Shown here piece after piece: positions 1 through 8,494 of a stretch of DNA of 64,000 nucleotides. The stretch covers positions 5,797 through 69,796 of the forward strand of contig JALVDV010000007.1 of NCBI GenBank assembly GCA_027008775.1, written 5' to 3'. The notes below the pieces were generated by a model that saw only the letters and a program-made list of their open reading frames with translations, was not told the origin of the DNA and searched no databases. How positions within the stretch are numbered: the first letter of the stretch is position 1; every line of letters begins with the position of its first letter. The translations under genes and the position numbers were made by a program. The DNA comes from Candidatus Moraniibacteriota bacterium (lineage in GTDB: Bacteria; Patescibacteriota; Minisyncoccia; Moranbacterales; DUUL01).

Positions 1-2
1 AC

Positions 3-458
3 CGGCCGGTTTATGATTATATATTCAAGCGACGCGGACTAGATAAAAAAATCAGACGAATGTCTTTCAGTCAAGATACGAATGAAAATTGTCTGTTTGT
101 TGCCATTGACCATCATCGGCACCGGGAAACGCCGAGAATTCCGAGGAATCATAAGAATGAGTTTGAGAAAGTGGCCGGAGGTAAGAAAGAAATTGGCTTT
201 GTAACAGTGTGGATGGTTCATCGTAAGTTGGTGAGGTCAAAAGTCGGAAGTAACAATGAGCAGAGAACAGTGAGCAGGGAGCAGAGAGCAGAGAACAGTG
301 AGCAGGGAGCAGTGAGCAGAGAGCAGAGAACAGTGAGTAAGGAACAGGAAGGAATGAGAGGAGGACGAAAGAAAATTAAGAAACCGAGGAGAGTGGAAAG
401 AGTGAGCTGGAGAGATTTTTTTGAATTTTTGCGGAAGAAATCGGGTTGGCACCATTGA
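3..458 (+). CDS. 3' end of an unknown protein (5'-truncated by the window edge), with a heptamer-repeat-encoded tail
   Basis: Frame open from position 3 (RPVYDYIFKRRGLDKKIRRMSFSQ...) to TGA at 456-458; no family recognised. Confidence 0.55.
   Translation, partial: RPVYDYIFKRRGLDKKIRRMSFSQDTNENCLFVAIDHHRHRETPRIPRNHKNEFEKVAGGKKEIGFVTVWMVHRKLVRSKVGSNNEQRTVSREQRAENSEQGAVSREQRTVSKEQEGMRGGRKKIKKPRRVERVSWRDFFEFLRKKSGWHH
251..348 (+). repeat. Tandem heptamer repeat GA(G/A)CAG(A/T/G), about 14 units
   Basis: gagcaga gaacagt gagcagg gagcaga gagcaga gaacagt gagcagg gagcagt gagcaga gagcaga gaacagt with degenerate end units. Confidence 0.9.
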
Positions 459-567
459 AAGTTTTGAGTGAATTTTCTATAATAAGGGGGAATGTTGAGT
501 TGACCCGGTAATTTGGTTGATTCCGGGTCGCTTGGTTTTTAAATTTTTATTGGATAAGATTAAACTT

Positions 568-1143
568 ATGAATTACAATGAAGTGACAGTTATAGATAGG
601 TTTTTGGCGCGAACATTGTTAAGGTTTATTCCGGAGAGTGTTACCCCCAATCAGGTGACCGGTTTGCGTTTTGTTTTGACTCCTGTGGTTTTTTGGTTGT
701 TGTACAAAGAATATTATTTCTGGGGATTTATTTTGTTTTTGTTTAATATGCTGACGGACGCCATTGACGGAGCGATGGCCAGAACAAGAAATCAAATTAC
801 CGACTTGGGCAAAATCATTGATCCTTTGGCTGACAAGTTGGCCATTGGCTCGGTGGCGATTCTTTTGCTTTTTCGCTTCTTAAATCATTGGCTAGCTTGG
901 GCCGTTGTACTACTGGATGTAGCTATAATGTTGGTGGGCGCTTTTGAGAAATATATTTTGGGACGGACTATTCAGGCGGAAATTTTTGGTAAATTGAAAT
1001 TGATTAGCCAAGTGATAGCTTTAGCTGTTTTGTTGATTTTTGTTTTGACGCAAATTCCTTTCTTTTTGTTTTTGACGAAAGTGGTTTTGTGGCTAGCTAT
1101 TATTTTGGCGACAATTAGTTTATTTAGGCCTCATTCCATATAA
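568..1143 (+). CDS. CDP-alcohol phosphatidyltransferase (PgsA-like)
   Basis: TPNQVT..R and D-x2-DG-x2-AR-x8-G-x3-D-x3-D signature (TDAIDGAMARTRNQITDLGKIIDPLADK); multi-TM; ATG at 568 preferred. Confidence 0.9.
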   Translation: MNYNEVTVIDRFLARTLLRFIPESVTPNQVTGLRFVLTPVVFWLLYKEYYFWGFILFLFNMLTDAIDGAMARTRNQITDLGKIIDPLADKLAIGSVAILLLFRFLNHWLAWAVVLLDVAIMLVGAFEKYILGRTIQAEIFGKLKLISQVIALAVLLIFVLTQIPFFLFLTKVVLWLAIILATISLFRPHSI

Positions 1144-1164
1144 TCTTTTAGTGACGATTAGGTT

Positions 1165-1968
1165 ATGGCAAAAAAATCTCAAGCGGAAAAATTCGGAGTT
1201 TCCGCAGAACTATTGGCCAGGTGGAAGGCGAAACCTTTCTTTTTGCCGGGAGAGGGTCGGCGAAAAAAAACTTTGATTATTTTAGTGCACGGTTGGTCAA
1301 TTTCTACCAAGCAAGTGCGTTTTTTGGCGGAAAAATTGCAGGAATACGGTTTTTCGGCCAGCGCGCCTCGTTTGCGGGGACATGGCACCAGGCCGGAGGA
1401 TTTGGAAGGGGTTACTTGGAAGGATTGGCTGGCTGATGTGGTAAAAGAGATTAGACGACGTAAGCGTTCGGGTGAGTTTGAAAGGATTGTGGTGGGGGGA
1501 GTTTCCATGGGTGGTAATCTTTCTTTGTTGGCCAGCTTGGAAGAAGAGGTGGACGGCTTGTTTTTGATTGGGGCGCCGGTTTATTTAAAGAATCACCTTT
1601 TTATTAAAACTGTTTCAATAATAGCTCCGTGGTTTGTAGATTATATTAAAAAAAGGAGACCAAAGAAGATTTCTTATGAAGAGGACAGTTCTTATCAATA
1701 TTTTCCCGTAATCAATATGCGAGAGATTTTGCAAACAATAAAAGAATCTGTTCGTTCTCTTAAAAAAATTAAGACACCTTTGCTAATTTTACAGACAAAA
1801 AATGATTTTTTTGTTACCAAGCAATCTCCTTGGATTATTTACAAAAACGTGCCGGCAAGAACAAAAAGAATTCAATGGATTGAAACAGACACGGAGAACC
1901 ATGTTCCTCAGGGAGAGGAAGTTGATAAAGTGGCGGAAGCGGTAAGGGATTTTGTTGATAAAATTTAG
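1165..1968 (+). CDS. Alpha/beta hydrolase, carboxylesterase/monoacylglycerol lipase-like
   Basis: VHG oxyanion motif, LRGHGT, nucleophile elbow GVSMGG, candidate Asp (NDFFV) and His (ENHVP). Confidence 0.85.
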   Translation: MAKKSQAEKFGVSAELLARWKAKPFFLPGEGRRKKTLIILVHGWSISTKQVRFLAEKLQEYGFSASAPRLRGHGTRPEDLEGVTWKDWLADVVKEIRRRKRSGEFERIVVGGVSMGGNLSLLASLEEEVDGLFLIGAPVYLKNHLFIKTVSIIAPWFVDYIKKRRPKKISYEEDSSYQYFPVINMREILQTIKESVRSLKKIKTPLLILQTKNDFFVTKQSPWIIYKNVPARTKRIQWIETDTENHVPQGEEVDKVAEAVRDFVDKI

Positions 1969-1990
1969 GCTATTTGGGAACGGTTTCGTT

Positions 1991-4141
1991 TTATTCCCAG
2001 TGGGTGACAATATTCAATCTCTCTAACTCTTTTTTAAGTCGGGGGAATTTTTTTAGTTGGGGATCAAAATGAATAAGCCTTTGCGCTTCTTGGCGGGCTT
2101 GTTCAATGGTTTTAAGATCGGAAAGGGATTCCATAGCGATGTCCGGCAGTCCGGATTGAGCAGTACCCATAAATTGCCCCGGTCCGCGCAGCTGTAGGTC
2201 GGCTTGGGCAATTTTGAAGCCATCGTTGGTTTGCTCCAAGATACGCAGGCGGGAGGTTGTTTCCGGGGCTGAACCGGAAGTGGATAGAAAGCAGTAGGAT
2301 TGATGTTCTCCGCGACCGACCCGGCCACGAAATTGGTGCAATTGGGCCAAGCCGAATCTTTCGGCGCCCTCAATGAGCATAATGTTGGCGTTGGGAACGT
2401 CAACGCCGACTTCCACTACGGAAGTGGAAATTAAAATGTCCAATTTTTTATTTTTAAAGTCGGCCATAATTTTGTTTTTTTCCTTAGGTTTCATTTTGCC
2501 ATGTAGGAGTCCCAACTTGAATTCTGGGAAAATTTCTTTTTGTAGTCGTTGGTGTTCGGCGGTAGCCGCTTTAACCTCTGACATTTTACTGGATTCGTTT
2601 ACCAAGGGAAAGATGACAAAAGCTTGGCGTCCGTTTTTGATTGCTTCCTTGATGAAACGATGGACTTTCGCCAGTTCTGCTTGGGGAACAATTTTAGTAA
2701 TGATTTTTTTTCTACCCTTGGGGAATTCGTCTATGATGGAAAGGTCAAGGTTGCCAAACATCGTCAAAGAAAGACTGCGAGGAATGGGGGTGGCGGTCAT
2801 ACTGAGTAGGTGGGGGGTGAGATTGTTTTTTTTATTTTCCAGCCCCAAATTCTCCTGCAAAAAAGCTCTTTGTTTGACACCGAAGCGGTGTTGTTCGTCA
2901 ATGATAACCAGTCCGAGATTGTTGAAGGTGACGCTTTTTTGAATAATGGCGTGAGTGCCGATTAAAATATCAACCCGACCTCTTTTGAGTTGTTTCAAAA
3001 GTTTAGGGCGACTGATTTTGGCGCTTTCTTGGTTGGCCGGCGCCAGTTGACTTTCCGAGCGAGTTAATAGAGCGATGGAAAAATCAAGTTGTCGGAAGAA
3101 TTTTCTCAAACTTTTGTAATGTTGAACCGCCAGAACTTCGGTGGGCGCCAAGAGAGCCACTTGGTAGAGTTGATTAACAACTGAGAGAGCGGCGATAGCG
3201 GAAACGACTGTTTTGCCGGTGCCGACGTCACCTTCCAACAATCTGTTCATTGGTTTATCTTTGCTCAGATCTTGGATAATTTGCCAGGTGGCTTTTTTTT
3301 GAGCGTTGGTTAGCTGAAAAGGTAAATTTTGCACGAATTCTTTAATGAATTCTTCGTTGAAAGGGATGGCCGGAGCCTTTTGCTGATTCCAGGTGGCTTT
3401 GGCTAGAAACGATTTTAGTTGGATAAGAAATATTTTTTCAAAGGCGAAACGTTCTCGGGCTTTGCTTATTTCTTTTTGAGATTGAGGGAAATGAACATAG
3501 CGAAAGGCTTTGGCCAAGTCGGTCAGTTTTTGGGATTTTAGGATGCTTTGAGGAATAAATTCTTCAACAGCCACTTGGGACAGGATATTTTTAATTATGC
3601 GACGGAACCAGAAGCTGTTTAATCCGCCGGTTTCGTGGTAAATTGGCGCCAAGATGCCGGTGTTGCAGGAATAATTTTCCTCTTCCACTTGAATAATGGT
3701 TTCACTTTGTTCCCTCTGCAGAGCGCGCAAGGGAATGAATTCAAAATTTGGGTGAGAAAGAAAGGCTTCTTGCTGTTTGTTTAGACTGACTTTTCCGCTG
3801 AGGCGAATGGCGCGTCCTTCTCTCAGATTTTGTAAGGGAAGAGGGCTGTTAAACCAAACAACTTTAATTGAGCCGGTGTCGTCTTCAACGTAAGCTTCGG
3901 TGATGGTAAGACGACGATAACGAGCTTGAGTTGTTTTGAGGGAGACGATTCGTCCTTGGATGGTGATAGTTTCACCTATCTTGATTTGGTCTATTTTTTT
4001 AAATTCGGAAAAGTCATCGTAGCGGTGGGGGAAATAGTAAAGTAGATCACCAACGGTTTTGATGTTAAGATTTTCCAATTTCTTCTGATATTTTTTGCCT
4101 ATGCCGGAAACTTTGTTTACAGGTGTGTTTAGTTGGAGCAT
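1991..4141 (-). CDS. recG: ATP-dependent DNA helicase RecG
   Basis: Wedge domain, RLLEGDVGTGKT, APTEVLA, DEQHRFG, MTATPIPR, QLHQFRGRVGR, DLQLRGPG. Confidence 0.97.
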   Translation of the reverse strand: MLQLNTPVNKVSGIGKKYQKKLENLNIKTVGDLLYYFPHRYDDFSEFKKIDQIKIGETITIQGRIVSLKTTQARYRRLTITEAYVEDDTGSIKVVWFNSPLPLQNLREGRAIRLSGKVSLNKQQEAFLSHPNFEFIPLRALQREQSETIIQVEEENYSCNTGILAPIYHETGGLNSFWFRRIIKNILSQVAVEEFIPQSILKSQKLTDLAKAFRYVHFPQSQKEISKARERFAFEKIFLIQLKSFLAKATWNQQKAPAIPFNEEFIKEFVQNLPFQLTNAQKKATWQIIQDLSKDKPMNRLLEGDVGTGKTVVSAIAALSVVNQLYQVALLAPTEVLAVQHYKSLRKFFRQLDFSIALLTRSESQLAPANQESAKISRPKLLKQLKRGRVDILIGTHAIIQKSVTFNNLGLVIIDEQHRFGVKQRAFLQENLGLENKKNNLTPHLLSMTATPIPRSLSLTMFGNLDLSIIDEFPKGRKKIITKIVPQAELAKVHRFIKEAIKNGRQAFVIFPLVNESSKMSEVKAATAEHQRLQKEIFPEFKLGLLHGKMKPKEKNKIMADFKNKKLDILISTSVVEVGVDVPNANIMLIEGAERFGLAQLHQFRGRVGRGEHQSYCFLSTSGSAPETTSRLRILEQTNDGFKIAQADLQLRGPGQFMGTAQSGLPDIAMESLSDLKTIEQARQEAQRLIHFDPQLKKFPRLKKELERLNIVTHWE

Positions 4142-4316
4142 TGCTATTGACTGGATACTGCTTGGTTATTTAAGAAAGACTTTTACATTTACTTTAACAG
4201 AAAGTGCGAAAAAAGTCAGTATGGGTGAGATTTTTTGAATGATTTGGAAGTTTAAAGATTGATTTAGCCGGTTGGTTTTGTAGATTAAGGTGAGATTTAC
4301 GGGTTTTTGCACAATA

Positions 4317-4339
4317 AAAAAATCGGTTAAACCGATTTT
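4317..4339 (-). terminator. Hairpin terminator downstream of tRNA-Arg
   Basis: aaaaaatcggtt-aa-accgatttt inverted repeat with a T-run on the minus strand. Confidence 0.7.
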
Positions 4340-4340
4340 G

Positions 4341-4413
4341 TGCCCTTGGCAGGAGTCGAACCTACGACCTTTCGGACCGCAACCGAACGCTCTATCCACT
4401 GAGCTACAAGGGC
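4341..4413 (-). tRNA. tRNA-Arg, anticodon GCG, CCA not encoded
   Basis: Minus strand GCCCTTG-TAGCTCAGTGGATAGAGC-G-TTCGG-TTGCGGT-CCGAA-AGGTC-GTAGG-TTCGACT-CCTGC-CAAGGGC-A forms a full cloverleaf. Confidence 0.95.
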
Positions 4414-4467
4414 GACTGACGAAAACAGTTGTTTTGAAAAACAGGAAATTTCCCCAAGACTCTCATC

Positions 4468-4496
4468 AGCTTAACAAGAGATTGGATGGTTGTCAA
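4468..4496 (-). promoter_or_regulatory. Sigma70-type promoter for the tRNA gene
   Basis: Minus strand TTGACA-17 nt-TAAGCT with an extended TG. Confidence 0.65.
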
Positions 4497-4511
4497 TTTT
4501 AAGTGTTTGTC

Positions 4512-5003
4512 TTAAATGATGTGTTCCAAGTGGTCCCAAAGAGACTCTTTATGGATGTCTTCCACCAGGAAACGGGAAAGTATTTTTCTAATTTCATTGG
4601 GATCTTGTTGTCCCAAAGGAATGTGAATGTAGGGCAGAAAACGGCTTTCGGTACGCAGAGAAAGTTCTTTACGGGCCATTTCTCCGGGTTCGTAAAATAT
4701 CCAGAAATCTTCTATTTCGGTAAAATCATAAAATTTGTTGTGAGCGATAATGCCGGTCTCGCAGATGGCAAACCGATAAGTTTCCGGCTCCTTTTTTTCA
4801 AATAAGTAGGCGACAATTCCGGCCAAAATGACAATTAGACTAAGGAGGAAGTTGTCGGTAGCCAAACTGTAAATGAGTAGGAGAATGGCAATTACAAAAA
4901 GAGCGAGCAACCACCAGGGATGTTTGGGGAAACTTTCAAATTTTGTGACTTTCCAGGAAGCCAGATAAGGTCCATTTGATTTAATTTTGGTTTGACCGCT
5001 CAT
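4512..5003 (-). CDS. Hypothetical 2-TM membrane protein with a soluble C-terminal domain
   Basis: 163 aa ORF with two adjacent hydrophobic helices, in line with neighbouring minus-strand genes. Confidence 0.75.
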   Translation of the reverse strand: MSGQTKIKSNGPYLASWKVTKFESFPKHPWWLLALFVIAILLLIYSLATDNFLLSLIVILAGIVAYLFEKKEPETYRFAICETGIIAHNKFYDFTEIEDFWIFYEPGEMARKELSLRTESRFLPYIHIPLGQQDPNEIRKILSRFLVEDIHKESLWDHLEHII

Positions 5004-5016
5004 TATTGTTTTGTTT

Positions 5017-5364
5017 TTATTTTTTGTCTTCCATCAATTCATTCATCTCTTTCTCGGCAAAAATGGAGAAAATTACTCTGATGGTGATGATTAAAACCAG
5101 AGAGGCTAAATCAATCCAAAGGGCGCTGTTGGATTTGAGAATAACCGTTTCAATAATGTCTCTGGAGATCAAAAAGTCAAGACCAAGCAGAATGTGTTTT
5201 ACCAGAATGACTCTGATTTTCCAAAAGTTTCTTTTGGTGACATAAAGGTAAAAACCATGGATTACTCCGAAAATAATGACAGCTACTCCAATGAGACCGA
5301 CCAGGAAGGCGGCCAAATTTAGAGAATCCAAAATAATTTTTTGCAGATAACTGAACGTTGCCAT
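5017..5364 (-). CDS. DUF1622-family membrane protein
   Basis: IRVILVKHILLGLDFLISRDIIETV...LASLVLIITIRVIFS resembles the DUF1622 pattern; ATG at 5364. Confidence 0.75.
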   Translation of the reverse strand: MATFSYLQKIILDSLNLAAFLVGLIGVAVIIFGVIHGFYLYVTKRNFWKIRVILVKHILLGLDFLISRDIIETVILKSNSALWIDLASLVLIITIRVIFSIFAEKEMNELMEDKK

Positions 5365-5650
5365 GTTGGAAATGGTGTTTATTGTGTTGGTGGAAAGATG
5401 ACGGAAAGATCTCAAATAAGTTTCTTTTTTTATTATATACCGAAACAGCAGTTTGGCAAATTTTTTAAAGGTTGCTGTTGATTAACATTGTAAATTTTGT
5501 GGCGATTACTTTTTGCTAGAAAACTGATTTTTCTAAATTAGTTTGTGGAAGATTGTTTGTCTAAAAAATAAAATCAATTATAATGAAAGGGAGATGATAG
5601 AATAATTTTGAGAAAGAGAGGAAAAAGAAAAAATAAGTTTGTTGTTTATT

Positions 5651-7063
5651 ATGCCGGAGAAAGTTATCAGGGTTTTCCCGCGGGGATTTTGTGCCGGGGT
5701 GACCAGGTCAATCAAGGCGGTGGAAGAAGCTTTGCGATTGTTTGGTCCGCCAATTTATGTTAAACATGCTATTGTACACAACAAAACCGTTATAGCTGAT
5801 CTGGAGCGAAAAGGGGCGGTCTTTGTTGAGGATTTAAAAGAAGTGCCTGAGGGGGCGACAGTTGTTTTCAGCGCGCATGGGTCTCCGCCGGAGCATTTTC
5901 GGGAAGCTAAAAAAAGAGGGTTGAGGTTAATTGACGCCACTTGTCCTTTGGTAACCAAGGTTCATTTTGAAATCGTTAAGGCTATTAAGGAGGGAAAACA
6001 ACCACTTTATATCGGTCACAAGGATCATGTGGAGGCGCAGGGAGTATTGGGGGAAGCAGAGCGACTTGGAGTTTCTGTGCCGGTTGTTAAAGATGAAAAG
6101 GATGTGGAGCTTTTGGATTTGAAAACAAAAAAGCCGATTGTAATTCTGGCGCAGACAACTTTCAAGGCGGAAAAAATTAAAGAGTTGGCGAAGCTTTTAC
6201 AGAAAAAGTTTGTCGGACAGAGGGTTGAGTTGATTGAAGACGATATCTGTTACGCCACCAGCAATAGGCAGAGGGCGATAACCGAATTGGCCAAAAAGGT
6301 GGAGGTGGTTTTGGTGGTTGGATCTAAAGAATCTTCCAATTCCAATCGTCTGGTGGAAGTGGCTAAGGAGGCCGGAGCGGAAGCTTTTTTGTTGGATGGC
6401 GTGGAAGATTTGCGGGCTGAGTGGTGGCGAGGGAAAAAGACGGTAGGACTATCGGCCGGAGCCAGCGCGCCGGAGTATAAGGTGCAAGAGTTGGCGGATT
6501 TTTTTCAAAAAAAAGGAGCCAGTTTGGAAGAATTGACCTTTGAGGAGAGGGAGTTGGTTTTTAAGGAGCCCTTGGAATTGGTGAAGATAAGACAAGCGTT
6601 GTCTCGGCTTAAAATTGAGTTTAATGGGGGAGGATTTGATATCAAAAAAGATTTTGTGGAAAATATTTTGCGGGAAACATTTTTGACTTTGTTGGAGAAG
6701 AAAGTTTTAACAAAAGAGGATTGTTGGCGACTAAGTGTGGCGGCGGTCACAAAGGCAACGATTAGAAAATTGAATAAAAAATGGCGTCAGACAGATAAAG
6801 AAACCGATGTTTTATCTTTCTATTACGGTCGAGAAGATGACTGCAAGGAAGGAGAGATTGTTTTGGCGCCGGAGGTTATTGCCGGAAATGCCAAGGAGGA
6901 CGGAGTTCCTTTTGATTATGAGTTGGCGAAAAATTTAATTCACAGTTTTTTACACATTATCGGTTATGAGCACAGTCGGGAGATGTTTGTTTGGCAAGAT
7001 AAAATTTTGAAGAGAATATTGAATAATAACTTAATAGGGAAAGAAAATGAGAAAATTTCTTAG
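5651..7063 (+). CDS. ispH-ybeY: Fusion of 4-hydroxy-3-methylbut-2-enyl diphosphate reductase IspH (N-terminal) and rRNA maturation RNase YbeY (C-terminal)
   Basis: IspH motifs GFCAGV, IVHN, SAHG, DATCP, GHKDHVE, QTT, ICYATSNRQ, SSNS, GASAP; then YbeY LNKKWR..DKETDVLSF, GEIVL, HSFLHIIGYEH in the same frame. Confidence 0.9.
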   Translation: MPEKVIRVFPRGFCAGVTRSIKAVEEALRLFGPPIYVKHAIVHNKTVIADLERKGAVFVEDLKEVPEGATVVFSAHGSPPEHFREAKKRGLRLIDATCPLVTKVHFEIVKAIKEGKQPLYIGHKDHVEAQGVLGEAERLGVSVPVVKDEKDVELLDLKTKKPIVILAQTTFKAEKIKELAKLLQKKFVGQRVELIEDDICYATSNRQRAITELAKKVEVVLVVGSKESSNSNRLVEVAKEAGAEAFLLDGVEDLRAEWWRGKKTVGLSAGASAPEYKVQELADFFQKKGASLEELTFEERELVFKEPLELVKIRQALSRLKIEFNGGGFDIKKDFVENILRETFLTLLEKKVLTKEDCWRLSVAAVTKATIRKLNKKWRQTDKETDVLSFYYGREDDCKEGEIVLAPEVIAGNAKEDGVPFDYELAKNLIHSFLHIIGYEHSREMFVWQDKILKRILNNNLIGKENEKIS

Positions 7064-7406
7064 AAGTTTTTGTTTCGCTTTAGAAGGTCTGTGGGCTTTG
7101 TTGAAAACGGAGCGCAATTTTAGAATAGAAATGGCGGTGGCTTTATTGGTTCTTTTTTTAATGTTCTACTTGGATTTAACTTTTTTAGAAAGGTTGATTT
7201 TATTCTTTGTGACAATGGCTGTTTTGATAATGGAAATCGTTAATACGGTTTTGGAAAAGTTATTGGATTTACAAAGGAAACGAAAAGATAGAAGGGTAAA
7301 ATTTTTGAAAGACGCGATGGCGGGAGCGGTTTTGTTAACGGCCGTTTTGGCTTTGGTTTCCGGCTTATTTATTTTTGGGCACTATTTTTTCAAGAATTGG
7401 TTTTAA
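7047..7406 (+). CDS. dgkA: Diacylglycerol/undecaprenol kinase family protein
   Basis: SFCFALEGL..ERNFRIE, EIVNTVLE, KDAMAGAVL; follows ybeY as in the common ybeY-dgkA arrangement. Confidence 0.88.
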   Translation: MRKFLRSFCFALEGLWALLKTERNFRIEMAVALLVLFLMFYLDLTFLERLILFFVTMAVLIMEIVNTVLEKLLDLQRKRKDRRVKFLKDAMAGAVLLTAVLALVSGLFIFGHYFFKNWF

Positions 7407-7407
7407 T

Positions 7408-7471
7408 TTGACAATATTCGCTTGTTTGTTACAATAACGGGCAAACGGGGGTATCTCAGGTATCCCGTTTG
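7408..7471 (+). promoter_or_regulatory. Sigma70 promoter followed by a 5'-UTR hairpin
   Basis: TTGACA(7408)-16 nt-TACAAT(7430) with TG extension; hairpin caaacggg...cccgtttg at 7442-7471. Confidence 0.6.
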
Positions 7472-7544
7472 AACATTAACAAGTAAATTTTTGTCAATCT
7501 CTCGGAGATTGGGCAGAATAATTTCTAGAAAGCGAGGTGAAAAT

Positions 7545-8264
7545 ATGGAAGAAAAAATAGAGACTCAAGAGGACTTGAGCAAAGGAGGGAAATTTAAGAA
7601 TTGGCTTCAGGATAATATCAGGATTATTTTATCGGTTTTAATCGTGGCCACTATTGCTGTCGGGATTTATTCTTATTCCAACAGACAGGTGGAAACGGTA
7701 GCCGACAACGGTCAGGAGAAAGTGAATTTGGCCGGTGAAGTGAAGGGGGGAGAAGAAGGAGTTGTAACTGTTGAAGGACAGGGTGAAAAGAAGAAAAAGG
7801 AAGAGAAGAAAAATTCCAGCCAAAAGCTTTCTGTTGAAGAAAAAAAAGAAACTGAAAAGGCTGCTGAAGCCAAGCAAAAAACCGAGGAGGGCAAAAAATC
7901 TCAACAAGCTGAAGGTCAAGCTGTTAAGAGGGTTCAAAAAGAGGAGAACAAAAATGTTAGTGAGGAAACAGAGCATTCTTTCTTGGAAACAGCTTCGGCC
8001 GGAGACAGTTTGACAACTTTGGCGCGTAGGGCCTTGAAGGACTACTTGGCCAAAAATCCGGTGGAAGGTTTGACGCCGGAGCACAAGATTTACATAGAGG
8101 ACTATCTTAGACGTCATGTAAATCATTCCAGTAGAGTTTTGGTGGGAGAGAAGATTTCTTTCTCCAAAGACTTAATTGCTCAGGCTGTAAAGGCGTCACA
8201 GAACTTGAGTGATACTCAGCTAAAAAACTTGCACAAGTATGTGGTTAGAGTGTCTAACTTATAG
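7545..8264 (+). CDS. Single-TM anchored protein with a charged linker and a LysM-like C-terminal domain
   Basis: GAGGTG RBS before ATG 7545; TM helix; K/E-rich linker; ETASAGDSLTTLARR...VGEKISF. Confidence 0.7.
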   Translation: MEEKIETQEDLSKGGKFKNWLQDNIRIILSVLIVATIAVGIYSYSNRQVETVADNGQEKVNLAGEVKGGEEGVVTVEGQGEKKKKEEKKNSSQKLSVEEKKETEKAAEAKQKTEEGKKSQQAEGQAVKRVQKEENKNVSEETEHSFLETASAGDSLTTLARRALKDYLAKNPVEGLTPEHKIYIEDYLRRHVNHSSRVLVGEKISFSKDLIAQAVKASQNLSDTQLKNLHKYVVRVSNL

Positions 8265-8336
8265 AATTTAGAACACAAAGACTGGTCTTTGGTTTTGACT
8301 GAGAAATTAAAATAAATTTAAATATTGATCTTTCTT

Positions 8337-8378
8337 GATAAAGCAAAATTCCGGCAACGTCCGGAATTTTGCTTTATC
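8337..8378. terminator. Perfect 18-bp inverted repeat, terminator-like
   Basis: gataaagcaaaattccgg-caacgt-ccggaattttgctttatc. Confidence 0.75.
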
Positions 8379-8494
8379 CGGAGCATTTAGCAAAAGTGAA
8401 TCTTGCAAGCAGATTGATTTTTGGGAAAACGGATGATATATTTGGTTTGTCGTCTTTAAGCGTGTTTGGTGAATTTGTAAAGAAGTAAAAGTTT

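Noticed and set aside
4166-4502. Short ORFs on both strands
   Set aside because: They are translations across the tRNA-Arg gene
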